This document shows positions 17,284-26,141 of a stretch of 64,000 nt of DNA, in pieces. Origin of the DNA: Clostridia bacterium (lineage in GTDB: Bacteria > Bacillota > Clostridia > Oscillospirales > CAG-272); contig JAFVZL010000044.1 in the NCBI GenBank assembly GCA_017508195.1, positions 4,991 to 68,990 of the forward strand, given 5' to 3'. The translations under genes and the position numbers were made by a program. Position 1 is the first letter of the stretch; each line of letters begins with the position of its first letter. The notes beneath the pieces are model-generated. The model made no database searches, was not told the origin of the DNA, and saw nothing but the letters and a program-made list of their open reading frames with translations.

Positions 17284-19809
17284 ATGATTGATATTCCACT
17301 TGATACCTTGATTGAAGAATGGCTTACTAATTTTAAAAAGAGATTACATAGCTTTGATTTCGATTCTTTCAGTAAGATTTACGAGAGCTATAGCTATAAC
17401 GGTGACTGCGTGGAAGCAGCACACGAATACGACCGTAAGCTTATTGACATGCACAAAAGAGCATCAAAAAGTCCGAGAAAGTGCATATACGAGCTCATTC
17501 GTTTCCTTAAAGAGGACATTCCCGACTCTGACGTTATCGCTCACTCGGGGGTGGAGCATCTACACAAGGATCTCATATCCTTGATGGAAAATGAATGTAA
17601 GGAGATAGCGAAGGAATACGACGATAAATACCTTAAGATCATCGCTATGGAGCGCAGTTCAAGCACCAACGAAGAAGCTCTTGCTCTTATTAAAGCGCTT
17701 TCCGCTGAACCGAACGAGATACTCCGATACATCAGGATCGCAACCGAAGCTGCACTCAAAGCTCTCAGGACGAACGTAGGCTTCGAGGACAAGGCTATTG
17801 CGGTCGAGGGTGTTATCTCAAGCCTCGAAAAGTCTCAGAAAAAGGGTGCGAATCCCGCTCTCTGGTGCGATAAGGTCGACGAGATTGGGAAGAACTACTC
17901 CGCCGACGTTATCAAGGCTGCAAGAAACTATAATACATATCTTTCACTCGTTGACGATGCGATATTCTCACGCAAGGTCATCCGCTGCTCCGAGTATATA
18001 AAGGAGCTCGGAGACGGTTGGTATTTTGAGCGCGTGTACGCGCTGAACGCGGGCATAGCCGATTACAAAACAGACCTTGAAACGGTAGTTCCCGACTTCT
18101 CCGGGAAGTGGGACGCAAGGCTCGAGGATGCGAAGAAGGCATCTATCATTCAAGCCGAGAAGTGGGTGAGTGAAGCCGCTTCCGAGCGCGACAACAAAAA
18201 GAAATTCACTCTTATCGAAAAGGCGGTAAAGTACGGCAATATCAAGGCTATGGGTGAGCTCGGATATTATTTCACCTTCGGCATAGGCACCGACAGAAAT
18301 TCTGAAAAGGCGGTGCATTGGATACAAAAGGCTCTCGACTCGGGACTTGAGGACGGTTACTTCTGCTACTCTCTCGGATGGAAATACGAGCACGGTGACG
18401 GTGTGGCAAAGAACGCGACGAAGGCGTTCGAGCTCTATAAAAGAGGTGTCGGCTACTCCTACCGAGGCAACGATTGCTACCGTTCTCTCGCATACTGCTA
18501 TCTCAACGGTGTCGGTACCCAGAAGGACCCGAAGGGGGCATTCGACTACTTCACCAAGGTCGTCACTATCCTTGCGTCTCAGGAGAACTCTCAGGAATAT
18601 TATTGGCTAGGTTACCTCAAGGAGACCTCGAAGGAGGTCGGAATCGATGAGCGTGCGGCACTCGAATATTATAAGAAATCCGAGAAGCTCGGCTACGCAA
18701 AGGGTAAAGAGGCTGCGGCAAGGCTCGGTAAGCTTCTTTCCGAGCTCGATAACCTGCTATCTCTCATCGCCGCTGCCGAGAAGTCCTCTCAATCGCTCGA
18801 CTTTGAAAAGGCATACAAATGGGACGGTGAGTTTGCTAACGCGGCGCGCCGCGATACCTTCAAGTCGAGAATAGGCGAGTTCGATAAGAAATGGAAAACG
18901 GTAATGACCCATGCAAGAAAGCTCGCCGACGTCAAGGCGGAGGAGTGGTTCAGGCAGGCATACGCCATGAAGAACAGCCCTGAGCAGTACACTCTTATGC
19001 ACAAGGCGGCTATCTACTTCAACAAGAAGGCGATGGGTGAGACTGCATATTATTACTTCTACGGTCTCGGTGTTGAGAAAAACCGCGCAAAGAGCTTCTT
19101 CTGGCTTAACCGCGCACTGAATGAGTTCGGGCTCGAGGACGGATATTTCTATTGCCTTCTCGGTTGGATGCACGAGCACGGTGACTCTACTCCCAAAAAC
19201 GAGAAGCTCGCCTTCTCTCTCTACGAGAAGGGTGTAAAATTCCCATACCGAGGATTCGACTGTCTGAAGCCCATAGGATACTGCTACCTCAACGGAAAAG
19301 GTACGGCTAAGGACGATAACAAGGCGTTTGAGGTATTCTCAAGGTACTGTGATCAGACGGGCGACAAGAAATACTGTGCCGACGAATATTACTGGCTCGG
19401 CAATCTTATGGAGACCAGTGCACAGCTCGGTAAGAAGAACGAGAGAGAGGCTCTCAAATACTACGAGCTCGCAGAAAAGGCAGGCTCAGGTGCAGGCAAG
19501 ACCAACGCGACAAGACTCAGAAACAAGTTTGCAAAGATCGCACTCGATAAATCCATCGATGCCTGCTTCGCCCTCGCGCAAAAGGGTGACCCCCAGGCTA
19601 TGTTCGAGCTCGGCGAATATTACTACACGGGTAAGGGTGTAACGAGAAGCTACACCGACGCATACGCCTGGTTTGAGAAGGCGGCGAAAAAGGGCAACGT
19701 CCGTGCTATCGAGCGTCTCGGTGACTGTTACATGAACGGTCACGGTGTAAAACAGAACTACGCAAAGGCTGAAAAATACTACAATCAGGCAGCAAAGCTG
19801 TCAAGATAA
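17284..19809 (+). CDS. Sel1-like repeat protein with helical N-terminus
   Basis: Many LG..Y..G.G..KD...AF..Y.KAA units; no signal peptide; GAGGAG RBS. Confidence 0.9.
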   Translation: MIDIPLDTLIEEWLTNFKKRLHSFDFDSFSKIYESYSYNGDCVEAAHEYDRKLIDMHKRASKSPRKCIYELIRFLKEDIPDSDVIAHSGVEHLHKDLISLMENECKEIAKEYDDKYLKIIAMERSSSTNEEALALIKALSAEPNEILRYIRIATEAALKALRTNVGFEDKAIAVEGVISSLEKSQKKGANPALWCDKVDEIGKNYSADVIKAARNYNTYLSLVDDAIFSRKVIRCSEYIKELGDGWYFERVYALNAGIADYKTDLETVVPDFSGKWDARLEDAKKASIIQAEKWVSEAASERDNKKKFTLIEKAVKYGNIKAMGELGYYFTFGIGTDRNSEKAVHWIQKALDSGLEDGYFCYSLGWKYEHGDGVAKNATKAFELYKRGVGYSYRGNDCYRSLAYCYLNGVGTQKDPKGAFDYFTKVVTILASQENSQEYYWLGYLKETSKEVGIDERAALEYYKKSEKLGYAKGKEAAARLGKLLSELDNLLSLIAAAEKSSQSLDFEKAYKWDGEFANAARRDTFKSRIGEFDKKWKTVMTHARKLADVKAEEWFRQAYAMKNSPEQYTLMHKAAIYFNKKAMGETAYYYFYGLGVEKNRAKSFFWLNRALNEFGLEDGYFYCLLGWMHEHGDSTPKNEKLAFSLYEKGVKFPYRGFDCLKPIGYCYLNGKGTAKDDNKAFEVFSRYCDQTGDKKYCADEYYWLGNLMETSAQLGKKNEREALKYYELAEKAGSGAGKTNATRLRNKFAKIALDKSIDACFALAQKGDPQAMFELGEYYYTGKGVTRSYTDAYAWFEKAAKKGNVRAIERLGDCYMNGHGVKQNYAKAEKYYNQAAKLSR

Positions 19810-19821
19810 AGGAGAGGCAAT

Positions 19822-20226
19822 ATGAACGCAGCAGAAAAAGCAAGACTCGCCCGTGAGGCGCAGGAAAAGGAAAAGGCAGTATTTAAGGCTAACCTTTTCG
19901 GTAATATAATGAAGATCGTCCTTATAATAATTCTGGCAATATCCGTCGTGGCTATCGGTGCCATCGTCATTCTTGCCGAGATGCAAATGTATGATACGGT
20001 ATCGATGCTTCACGGTCCGTTTATCGGAGTGTTCGTTCTGGCGCTTATCGGTACCGTCGTCGGATTCTGGGCAATGTTCAACAACACTCAGAAGAACGAA
20101 AAGGGCGAGGGAAAATTTGATATCTTCGTATACGGCTGTATGGGCGTCGCATTTATAATGCTCATTATGGTCATGGGCTGGGCAGGCCTCGATGGAAGCT
20201 ACGAGGGCTTCGAGCTCTTCAAGTAG
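19822..20226 (+). CDS. Small 3-TM membrane protein
   Basis: AGGAGAGG RBS; charged N-terminal helix followed by three hydrophobic segments. Confidence 0.85.
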   Translation: MNAAEKARLAREAQEKEKAVFKANLFGNIMKIVLIIILAISVVAIGAIVILAEMQMYDTVSMLHGPFIGVFVLALIGTVVGFWAMFNNTQKNEKGEGKFDIFVYGCMGVAFIMLIMVMGWAGLDGSYEGFELFK

Positions 20227-20231
20227 TTCTG

Positions 20232-20374
20232 GGGAGACCTCTATCGTCAATTCAGCAGAAAAAGCAAGACTTGACCGTGAGGCAAAAGAGGAAGAAGTAA
20301 GACTAAAAAGAGAAGAAAACGCAAAAGGCGCAGTGAGAGCATCGAGAATCTCAAAGAGAATATTGACAAGGTAA
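20232..20374 (+). pseudogene. Decayed duplicate of the 5' end of the 3-TM gene
   Basis: 19-bp identity CAGCAGAAAAAGCAAGACT; translates VNSAEKARLDREAKEEE versus MNAAEKARLAREAQEKE; the ATG is lost. Confidence 0.6.
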
Positions 20375-20443
20375 TGCCAACAACTCTTGACATTCCGGTG
20401 CTATGCTATACTAATTCAAAATCTTATTTCAAGGTGAATTAAA

Positions 20444-23400
20444 GTGGAAAGTTTAACCGGGCAGCTTAAAGAGCTGCATATTCAGTATACAAAAGAGACG
20501 ACCGAGAAGGGGCGTCACTACGATAAGCTTCTCGCCGATCTTAAGAAAAAGCTTAAGGACATCGAGGCAACAGACTACGATCTGCCGTATATAAAAAGGT
20601 ATCAGGACTTTTATAACGAGCTTACTCCCTTTGTTGAAAAGATCAAGGCTATCGAGGCTAAGACTCACCATCTTGCGGGAAGGGATACTCTCGGCGGTTA
20701 CATAGACGAGCATACAAGAAGCGATACCCGCGACACGGAGTTTTATTCCAATGATGGCAGGATCGAAAGTATATTTTTCGACCGCGTGCAGTATTGCGAA
20801 CACACCCTCTCGCTTCTCGAGAAGGCAACGACGGTTGAGGAATGTCAGGGGGAGCTGAGAAATCTCGCTATTATCTATACTGAAATGAAATTTATTATAG
20901 ATAACAGCAGAAAGATCCTTGCGGATAGCGATATTCCCGGTGCAAAGAAGCGCGAGGACGTCAAGTGTGCGAAGGAAGCTATCGAAAAGGCGACACTCGA
21001 GATGCAAAAGGCTCTTAAGTTCGAGAATCTCGAGTGCTACCCTGCCCTCACCCGGCTCGTCAAGCAGTATAAGGACAATTACAAGCGCGTGTCGCGCGAT
21101 ATCCTCGGCTCGGAGAGCGAGGCGTTCTACTTCGATACCGAGTACAGGTACCTTATCGGCTTCTATAAAGAGGATATTCCCGAAGGGGATCGCAAATTTG
21201 CAAGAGATGTGCTCGGTCTATCGGATGCCGAGCTTTCAAGCCAGCCCATCTACTTCGAGCCCGAGCGCTCGCACCATAATATTATTATAAATGCGAAGGC
21301 TGCCGAGTTTGAAAAGCCTCTGTACCAGACATTTATCCGTCAGCTCTATTTCTCATTGGCGCGCCGACTGCCCGCAAACGGACTTAAGTACTCGGCTATC
21401 GCCTGCAACAAGAGCACGAACGGTATGTTCGTCTCTCATCTCAACAACTTCATCGAGAGCCTGTCAGACAACGGCTTATATATCGAGGCGGGTGTTGTCG
21501 GTGACGGCGGAAAGTTCCAGAATGCCGTAAACGATCTGCGTGAAAAGAGTCTGCACTTCAAGACCTCGGACAACTCCGATATCTATGAGTTCAACCGTAC
21601 GAGCTCGGTAGACAGAAAGCCTATGCACGTGACCTTCGTCGACAGCTACCCTATCGGTATGGATAACCACTCGGAGGGCATTGCATCGCTCGTTCAGCTC
21701 ATAATCGAGGGTAAGAGAAGCGGTTATCTCACCGTGCTCAGCCAGGCTACCGATGCATTTGAGAATATGCACTCAGGCCCCATAAAGCCTCCTCCGAAAT
21801 TTGAAAACGTCGGAAAGAAGTTCGACGCTATGGAGATATGCATCAGCGGTGATAAGGTAACCGTTGACGGAAAGCCCGCAGTGCTCGATATTGCAGCCCC
21901 GGGATTTAGCGATCGCGACTACGTTGCGTACTGGGGCAAGCTTAAGGAGTACTATAACAAGAAGGACGTATTCTATCTTGAAAAGCTCTTTGACGATATA
22001 GATACCAAGGATGCTAGAGGCAAAAGGGATGAGGAATCGGTGCTTCTCACCGGTAAGATGTCTATACCGCTCGGCTACGTCGGCACCGATCTATACGAGG
22101 CTGAATACGACCTTAACAAGGCGTGCCACGCCTTCATCCTCGGTGCATCGGGCTCTGGTAAGAGTAGCTTCTTACATACGTTTATTTTAGGAACTGCGTA
22201 CAAGTATTCTCCAAAAGAGGTAGAGTTCTACCTTGCGGACTGGAAGCGCGCGGAGCTTGAGGTATACAAGTCCCACCCCCTGCCCCACGTCAAGTATTTA
22301 CAGGATAACAGCTCTGTTTCAGAGTACGTATCGCTTCTTCAGATGCTTCTGAGGATATGCTCGCACCGTAATGCGTTGATCAGATCCAAGGGTCAGACCT
22401 CATTCCTCGGCTATAACAGAGTAGTTCCCGAGGAAGAGCGCATGCCGTTCATCTTCTTTATAGTTGACGAGTATCAGGTTATGATCGAGCAGAACAACGA
22501 GACCAACGCATCCTCGAACAGCAAGAGAATGGCTAAGGCGTGGTTAGGCCTTATGGGAAGTATTCTGGGTATCGTAAGAAGTGCGGGAATAGGCGTCGTG
22601 CTCAGCTCACAGTCGCTTGATAAGATCACCTTCGATTTTTCCAACGTTCAGAAGAGAATGCTTCTCGGTCTGAATCAGCAGCTGCTCGGTGAGCTCTGCT
22701 ATAACAACGACTCGAAGGCAAAATCCAGCGAAGCATTCAAGCAGGACGAGCAATATCTTTCGGTTGCACAGTCGGGTCACGTCGTGCTCGGCTTTGCGGG
22801 CAAGACCAAGACCGACAGGTTCCGTTCAGCTTACACGGGTGACGGAGCTATACGCGAAAAGAGCATCGACCGCATATGCGACCGCTGGTTCGAGTATGGT
22901 ATAGATATGATACTCGGCGGCAGCAAGGAGAGCTTCCCCATTACCGAGCTCACCGAACCGCCTTATTCAAGCATGCTCGACGAGGTTAAGCGCAATTCGG
23001 CATTTGATGACGACTTTGACGATTCTCCCGTCGACGATACCACCTATCCCGTATTCATAGGAGTAACCTCAAACGATACGACACCCGTACCCCTCCAGTT
23101 CAACGTCAAGGGCACGGGATATGCCGTATATACGCAATCGCCTGCCCGTATGAGAATGATCATACGCAGTGCAATGCTCTCATTCCTTTACAAGACCACG
23201 TCCTATACGCGCCGCTACGAGGCTAAACGAGAGTATTATTTCGGATCCGAGGACGACTATCTTCACGATATCGGCAGGGTCTGCCAGGCAGAGCCATTCC
23301 TCGAGCCTTATATCGAAGGCTTCGATACCGAATACGAGGTCTATAAGAGCGTGTCGGCATTCATGGATATATACCGTATCTACGAGGAGCGCAAAAAGGC

Positions 23401-24100
23401 AAGATCGCAAAGGGGAGGATTCCCACCGATGCTACTCGTTCTGCGCGACCTCGCATGGATAACCGAAAACCTCGACGATACCTACGACAGATACCGCGAG
23501 GATGCCGAGGATGCGAGAGAAAATGCAAGAGAATCCGACACGGGTCCCGATGAAAATGAGCTTTCTGCGATGATCGAGCGCATACGTGCTATGAATCCGG
23601 AGCTTTCCGATACGAAGCTGCGGGCAATGGCTTTACGCAGAATGCCTATGGCGAAGCCAAAGCCAAAAACCGAGAGCAAAATCTACTCCAAGGACGATAT
23701 CAGAGACGCACTGAAGACTCTTTACAAAGAGGGCGCGAGGTTCCGGATATTCGTTATCGCGGCATCCACTCAGCAGACGGGCTTCAAGAGTCTGCGCGAT
23801 ATCTGCTTCAAGTCAAACGACGCGCCGCTTCTGAAGTACTCGGTCTTCGGAAGCCAGCTTGAAAACGACGGTAAGTTTATTGATTCGGTCAGCGGAGACG
23901 GTGACGTTAACACCTGCTTCGTTTACCCTGCTCCCAAATCAAGACTCGAGGGCGAATCCGGTGACACCGACGGTGACGTAGGTGAGCTTACAAGACTTTA
24001 CAGGTTCGGTAAGACAGACTACGATTATTGGGATGAGCTTGAGGAAAGATTATCCGGAAAAGAAAAAAACAAAAGCATTTTGGAGGATGACGATTTCTGA
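20444..24100 (+). CDS. FtsK/SpoIIIE-family (EssC/EccC-like) ATPase
   Basis: HAFILGASGSGKS Walker A, YSPKEVEFYLADWK, IVDEYQ Walker B, RSAGIGVVLSSQ; flanked by two degenerate ATPase-like domains. Confidence 0.88.
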   Translation: MESLTGQLKELHIQYTKETTEKGRHYDKLLADLKKKLKDIEATDYDLPYIKRYQDFYNELTPFVEKIKAIEAKTHHLAGRDTLGGYIDEHTRSDTRDTEFYSNDGRIESIFFDRVQYCEHTLSLLEKATTVEECQGELRNLAIIYTEMKFIIDNSRKILADSDIPGAKKREDVKCAKEAIEKATLEMQKALKFENLECYPALTRLVKQYKDNYKRVSRDILGSESEAFYFDTEYRYLIGFYKEDIPEGDRKFARDVLGLSDAELSSQPIYFEPERSHHNIIINAKAAEFEKPLYQTFIRQLYFSLARRLPANGLKYSAIACNKSTNGMFVSHLNNFIESLSDNGLYIEAGVVGDGGKFQNAVNDLREKSLHFKTSDNSDIYEFNRTSSVDRKPMHVTFVDSYPIGMDNHSEGIASLVQLIIEGKRSGYLTVLSQATDAFENMHSGPIKPPPKFENVGKKFDAMEICISGDKVTVDGKPAVLDIAAPGFSDRDYVAYWGKLKEYYNKKDVFYLEKLFDDIDTKDARGKRDEESVLLTGKMSIPLGYVGTDLYEAEYDLNKACHAFILGASGSGKSSFLHTFILGTAYKYSPKEVEFYLADWKRAELEVYKSHPLPHVKYLQDNSSVSEYVSLLQMLLRICSHRNALIRSKGQTSFLGYNRVVPEEERMPFIFFIVDEYQVMIEQNNETNASSNSKRMAKAWLGLMGSILGIVRSAGIGVVLSSQSLDKITFDFSNVQKRMLLGLNQQLLGELCYNNDSKAKSSEAFKQDEQYLSVAQSGHVVLGFAGKTKTDRFRSAYTGDGAIREKSIDRICDRWFEYGIDMILGGSKESFPITELTEPPYSSMLDEVKRNSAFDDDFDDSPVDDTTYPVFIGVTSNDTTPVPLQFNVKGTGYAVYTQSPARMRMIIRSAMLSFLYKTTSYTRRYEAKREYYFGSEDDYLHDIGRVCQAEPFLEPYIEGFDTEYEVYKSVSAFMDIYRIYEERKKARSQRGGFPPMLLVLRDLAWITENLDDTYDRYREDAEDARENARESDTGPDENELSAMIERIRAMNPELSDTKLRAMALRRMPMAKPKPKTESKIYSKDDIRDALKTLYKEGARFRIFVIAASTQQTGFKSLRDICFKSNDAPLLKYSVFGSQLENDGKFIDSVSGDGDVNTCFVYPAPKSRLEGESGDTDGDVGELTRLYRFGKTDYDYWDELEERLSGKEKNKSILEDDDF

Positions 24101-24390
24101 TGAATAAGCAGAATAATAAGCAAATAATCGAAAAAATGCAATCTATTCTTGACATTCTGAGCAAAATGCTCGGTGATACACGCAGACTCCAGTCGGCTAT
24201 GCAGACCCAAGAGGATATGATTCGTGGCGATAACATTATGAACGATACGATGGACCGTCTGACCGAGATTAACGCCATCGTCGAGAAGATGAAGCGGAAC
24301 GCCGAGAGAGTTGCAGACAGTGTCAAGGAGGGCGCAGAGGAAGTGCGCCGCGTGCAGATCAACCGCTCTAACAACATAAGGAGGATTTAA
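24100..24390 (+). CDS. Small helical-hairpin protein, WXG100-like
   Basis: 96 aa, heptad helices around a central IRGD turn; start overlaps the ATPase stop. Confidence 0.65.
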   Translation: MNKQNNKQIIEKMQSILDILSKMLGDTRRLQSAMQTQEDMIRGDNIMNDTMDRLTEINAIVEKMKRNAERVADSVKEGAEEVRRVQINRSNNIRRI

Positions 24391-24392
24391 GC

Positions 24393-24707
24393 ATGACATT
24401 CGAAGAAGAAATATACTACGATGAAAAGGGTCTCGAAGCTCTTTATGCGGAATTCTCCGCAAAGCTTGCAACCTACATCTCGGATATGGAAGACAACATC
24501 TCCTCGCTGAATGACGTTATAGGCGAGCTTGGCAGATACTGGGACAGCGAGGATTACCGTGCATTCAAGCGCGGTATGGGTCAGGGTATCACGTCTACCG
24601 AGAGTCAGATCCAGCGCGCGATCGAGCTTAAGCACGAGATCGATCTTGCACGGGCGGAGACCGCCGCAGGTCTTGAAAAAATGCGTATAAGGTACGGCTT
24701 TGACTGA
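24393..24707 (+). CDS. WXG100-like protein
   Basis: 104 aa with central YWDSEDYRAF at the WXG position; GAGGA RBS. Confidence 0.78.
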   Translation: MTFEEEIYYDEKGLEALYAEFSAKLATYISDMEDNISSLNDVIGELGRYWDSEDYRAFKRGMGQGITSTESQIQRAIELKHEIDLARAETAAGLEKMRIRYGFD

Positions 24708-24709
24708 CC

Positions 24710-24934
24710 ATGGAAAAGCTCATATACATAAAGTCGCAGTGGAGCGATCATGTCGGTTCGTCACTCGTTAGTAAGGCTAACGACGCGGTGTACCGCATTA
24801 ACAATGCCGCATCCGATGCTATGGACGTAGTCAGGCGTGTCGAGGATACGAAGATATACGAAATAGAATTCAAGTCGAGAACACCCGAGCTTCAGGAGCT
24901 TAAGGCTCGCCTGGAGCGCGAGCTCGGTATATAA
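24710..24934 (+). CDS. Small helical protein, truncated WXG100-like
   Basis: 74 aa, SQWSDHVG near the N-terminus; tightly coupled to both neighbours. Confidence 0.6.
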   Translation: MEKLIYIKSQWSDHVGSSLVSKANDAVYRINNAASDAMDVVRRVEDTKIYEIEFKSRTPELQELKARLERELGI

Positions 24935-24943
24935 GGAGGAGTA

Positions 24944-25942
24944 ATGGCTTACTCAGATAGGGTCGATATTTGCTTCTCTCTTTCAGCTATCACAAAATTC
25001 CTTTCGGATGCGGAGTATCTTTCTGATAACGCATCGGGACTATGCGCCGAGGTCGACGCTCTCGTTGTGGGTGCAATCAATTACGTTTCGGATACTTTAG
25101 CCTATATCAAAAGCTGTCTTGACATCAACTATACCGACGGTCAGAACGCTGCGGGTTTCCGCAGATGGCTCGAGGATGCGATATGGAAGACGGAAAAAGC
25201 GCTCGAGTCACACGAGCAAAGATGCAACGATCTCGAAAAGCAGCTAAAGGCAGCAGAAAACGACCACGCACGCATACAATGGCATTCCAAGCCGGGAGAT
25301 AAGGCTTCGCTCGAAGCCCTCGAAGAAGCATCGCGAGCAGTCAGAAATGCAAAGGACGCACTAAGCAACGCATATGCCGAGCGCGACAGCTGCAAGCGCA
25401 AGCTCGGATGCCTTAAGGAGGCACGGAACTCACTCTATTGGATAGAGGATAACATCCACAAGGATTATATAATGCTTACCGACAGGGAGAATGAGTATAA
25501 CAGACTGCTTTGCGATCTTGACTCTGTATATAAAACATTCAATAAACAGTCCGAAATCGGTCAGTCACAGATAAACGAGTCGCTCGACTACTCAAAGGTT
25601 GCCCTCAGATATGCAAGGGGTGCGGTGCAACACATCGGGCAAATGATCGGTGTTGAGCCAAGTGACGATAACGAAACGAGGATAACAAGTATTGCCGCTA
25701 TATATTCTGCCGGCGACAGAATGGACAGCCTTAACCGTATGGCAAGATCCAGCAACAAGTATCTCGGACGTACAAGTGCCGAGTACAACGAGCTCGTATT
25801 AGATAACGTCGTCGGTAATGCTGCCGAGCGTATAGAGGATCTTCTCGAATATATCTCGGCTGAGATCAAAGCGAATGAGAACAAAGCAGAAAACGCCAAG
25901 GATCTCGCACATCAGCTGCAACAGTATTATGACTCCGTTTAA
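24944..25942 (+). CDS. Long coiled-coil protein with a C-terminal WXG100-like hairpin
   Basis: AAGGAGG RBS; extended heptads; ends AKDLAHQLQQYYDSV. Confidence 0.75.
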   Translation: MAYSDRVDICFSLSAITKFLSDAEYLSDNASGLCAEVDALVVGAINYVSDTLAYIKSCLDINYTDGQNAAGFRRWLEDAIWKTEKALESHEQRCNDLEKQLKAAENDHARIQWHSKPGDKASLEALEEASRAVRNAKDALSNAYAERDSCKRKLGCLKEARNSLYWIEDNIHKDYIMLTDRENEYNRLLCDLDSVYKTFNKQSEIGQSQINESLDYSKVALRYARGAVQHIGQMIGVEPSDDNETRITSIAAIYSAGDRMDSLNRMARSSNKYLGRTSAEYNELVLDNVVGNAAERIEDLLEYISAEIKANENKAENAKDLAHQLQQYYDSV

Positions 25943-26026
25943 TAAGCACTATAGATTAAGCTTTGCCCCCCCCTTATGTCACAGAAGCTCTTTTCCCGAG
26001 CTTCTCTAATAGCACGTTGTAATATT

Positions 26027-26068
26027 AAAAGGATGCATCCCGAATTGGGATGCATCCTTTTCTTTTTC
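26027..26068. terminator. Bidirectional terminator
   Basis: AAAAGGATGCATCCC/GGGATGCATCCTTTT between convergent genes. Confidence 0.85.
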
Positions 26069-26141
26069 GTGCTAAAAACTCATACCCAAAGATGTACCAT
26101 TACGGTACAAATCTTTGTTTTGTCATATTATGACGGGAAAT

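Noticed and set aside
20444-24100. Cell-division FtsK, conjugative coupling protein or HerA
   Set aside because: No N-terminal TM or gamma domain, no conjugation or NurA/Sir2 partner; WXG100-like neighbours fit an EssC-like role better
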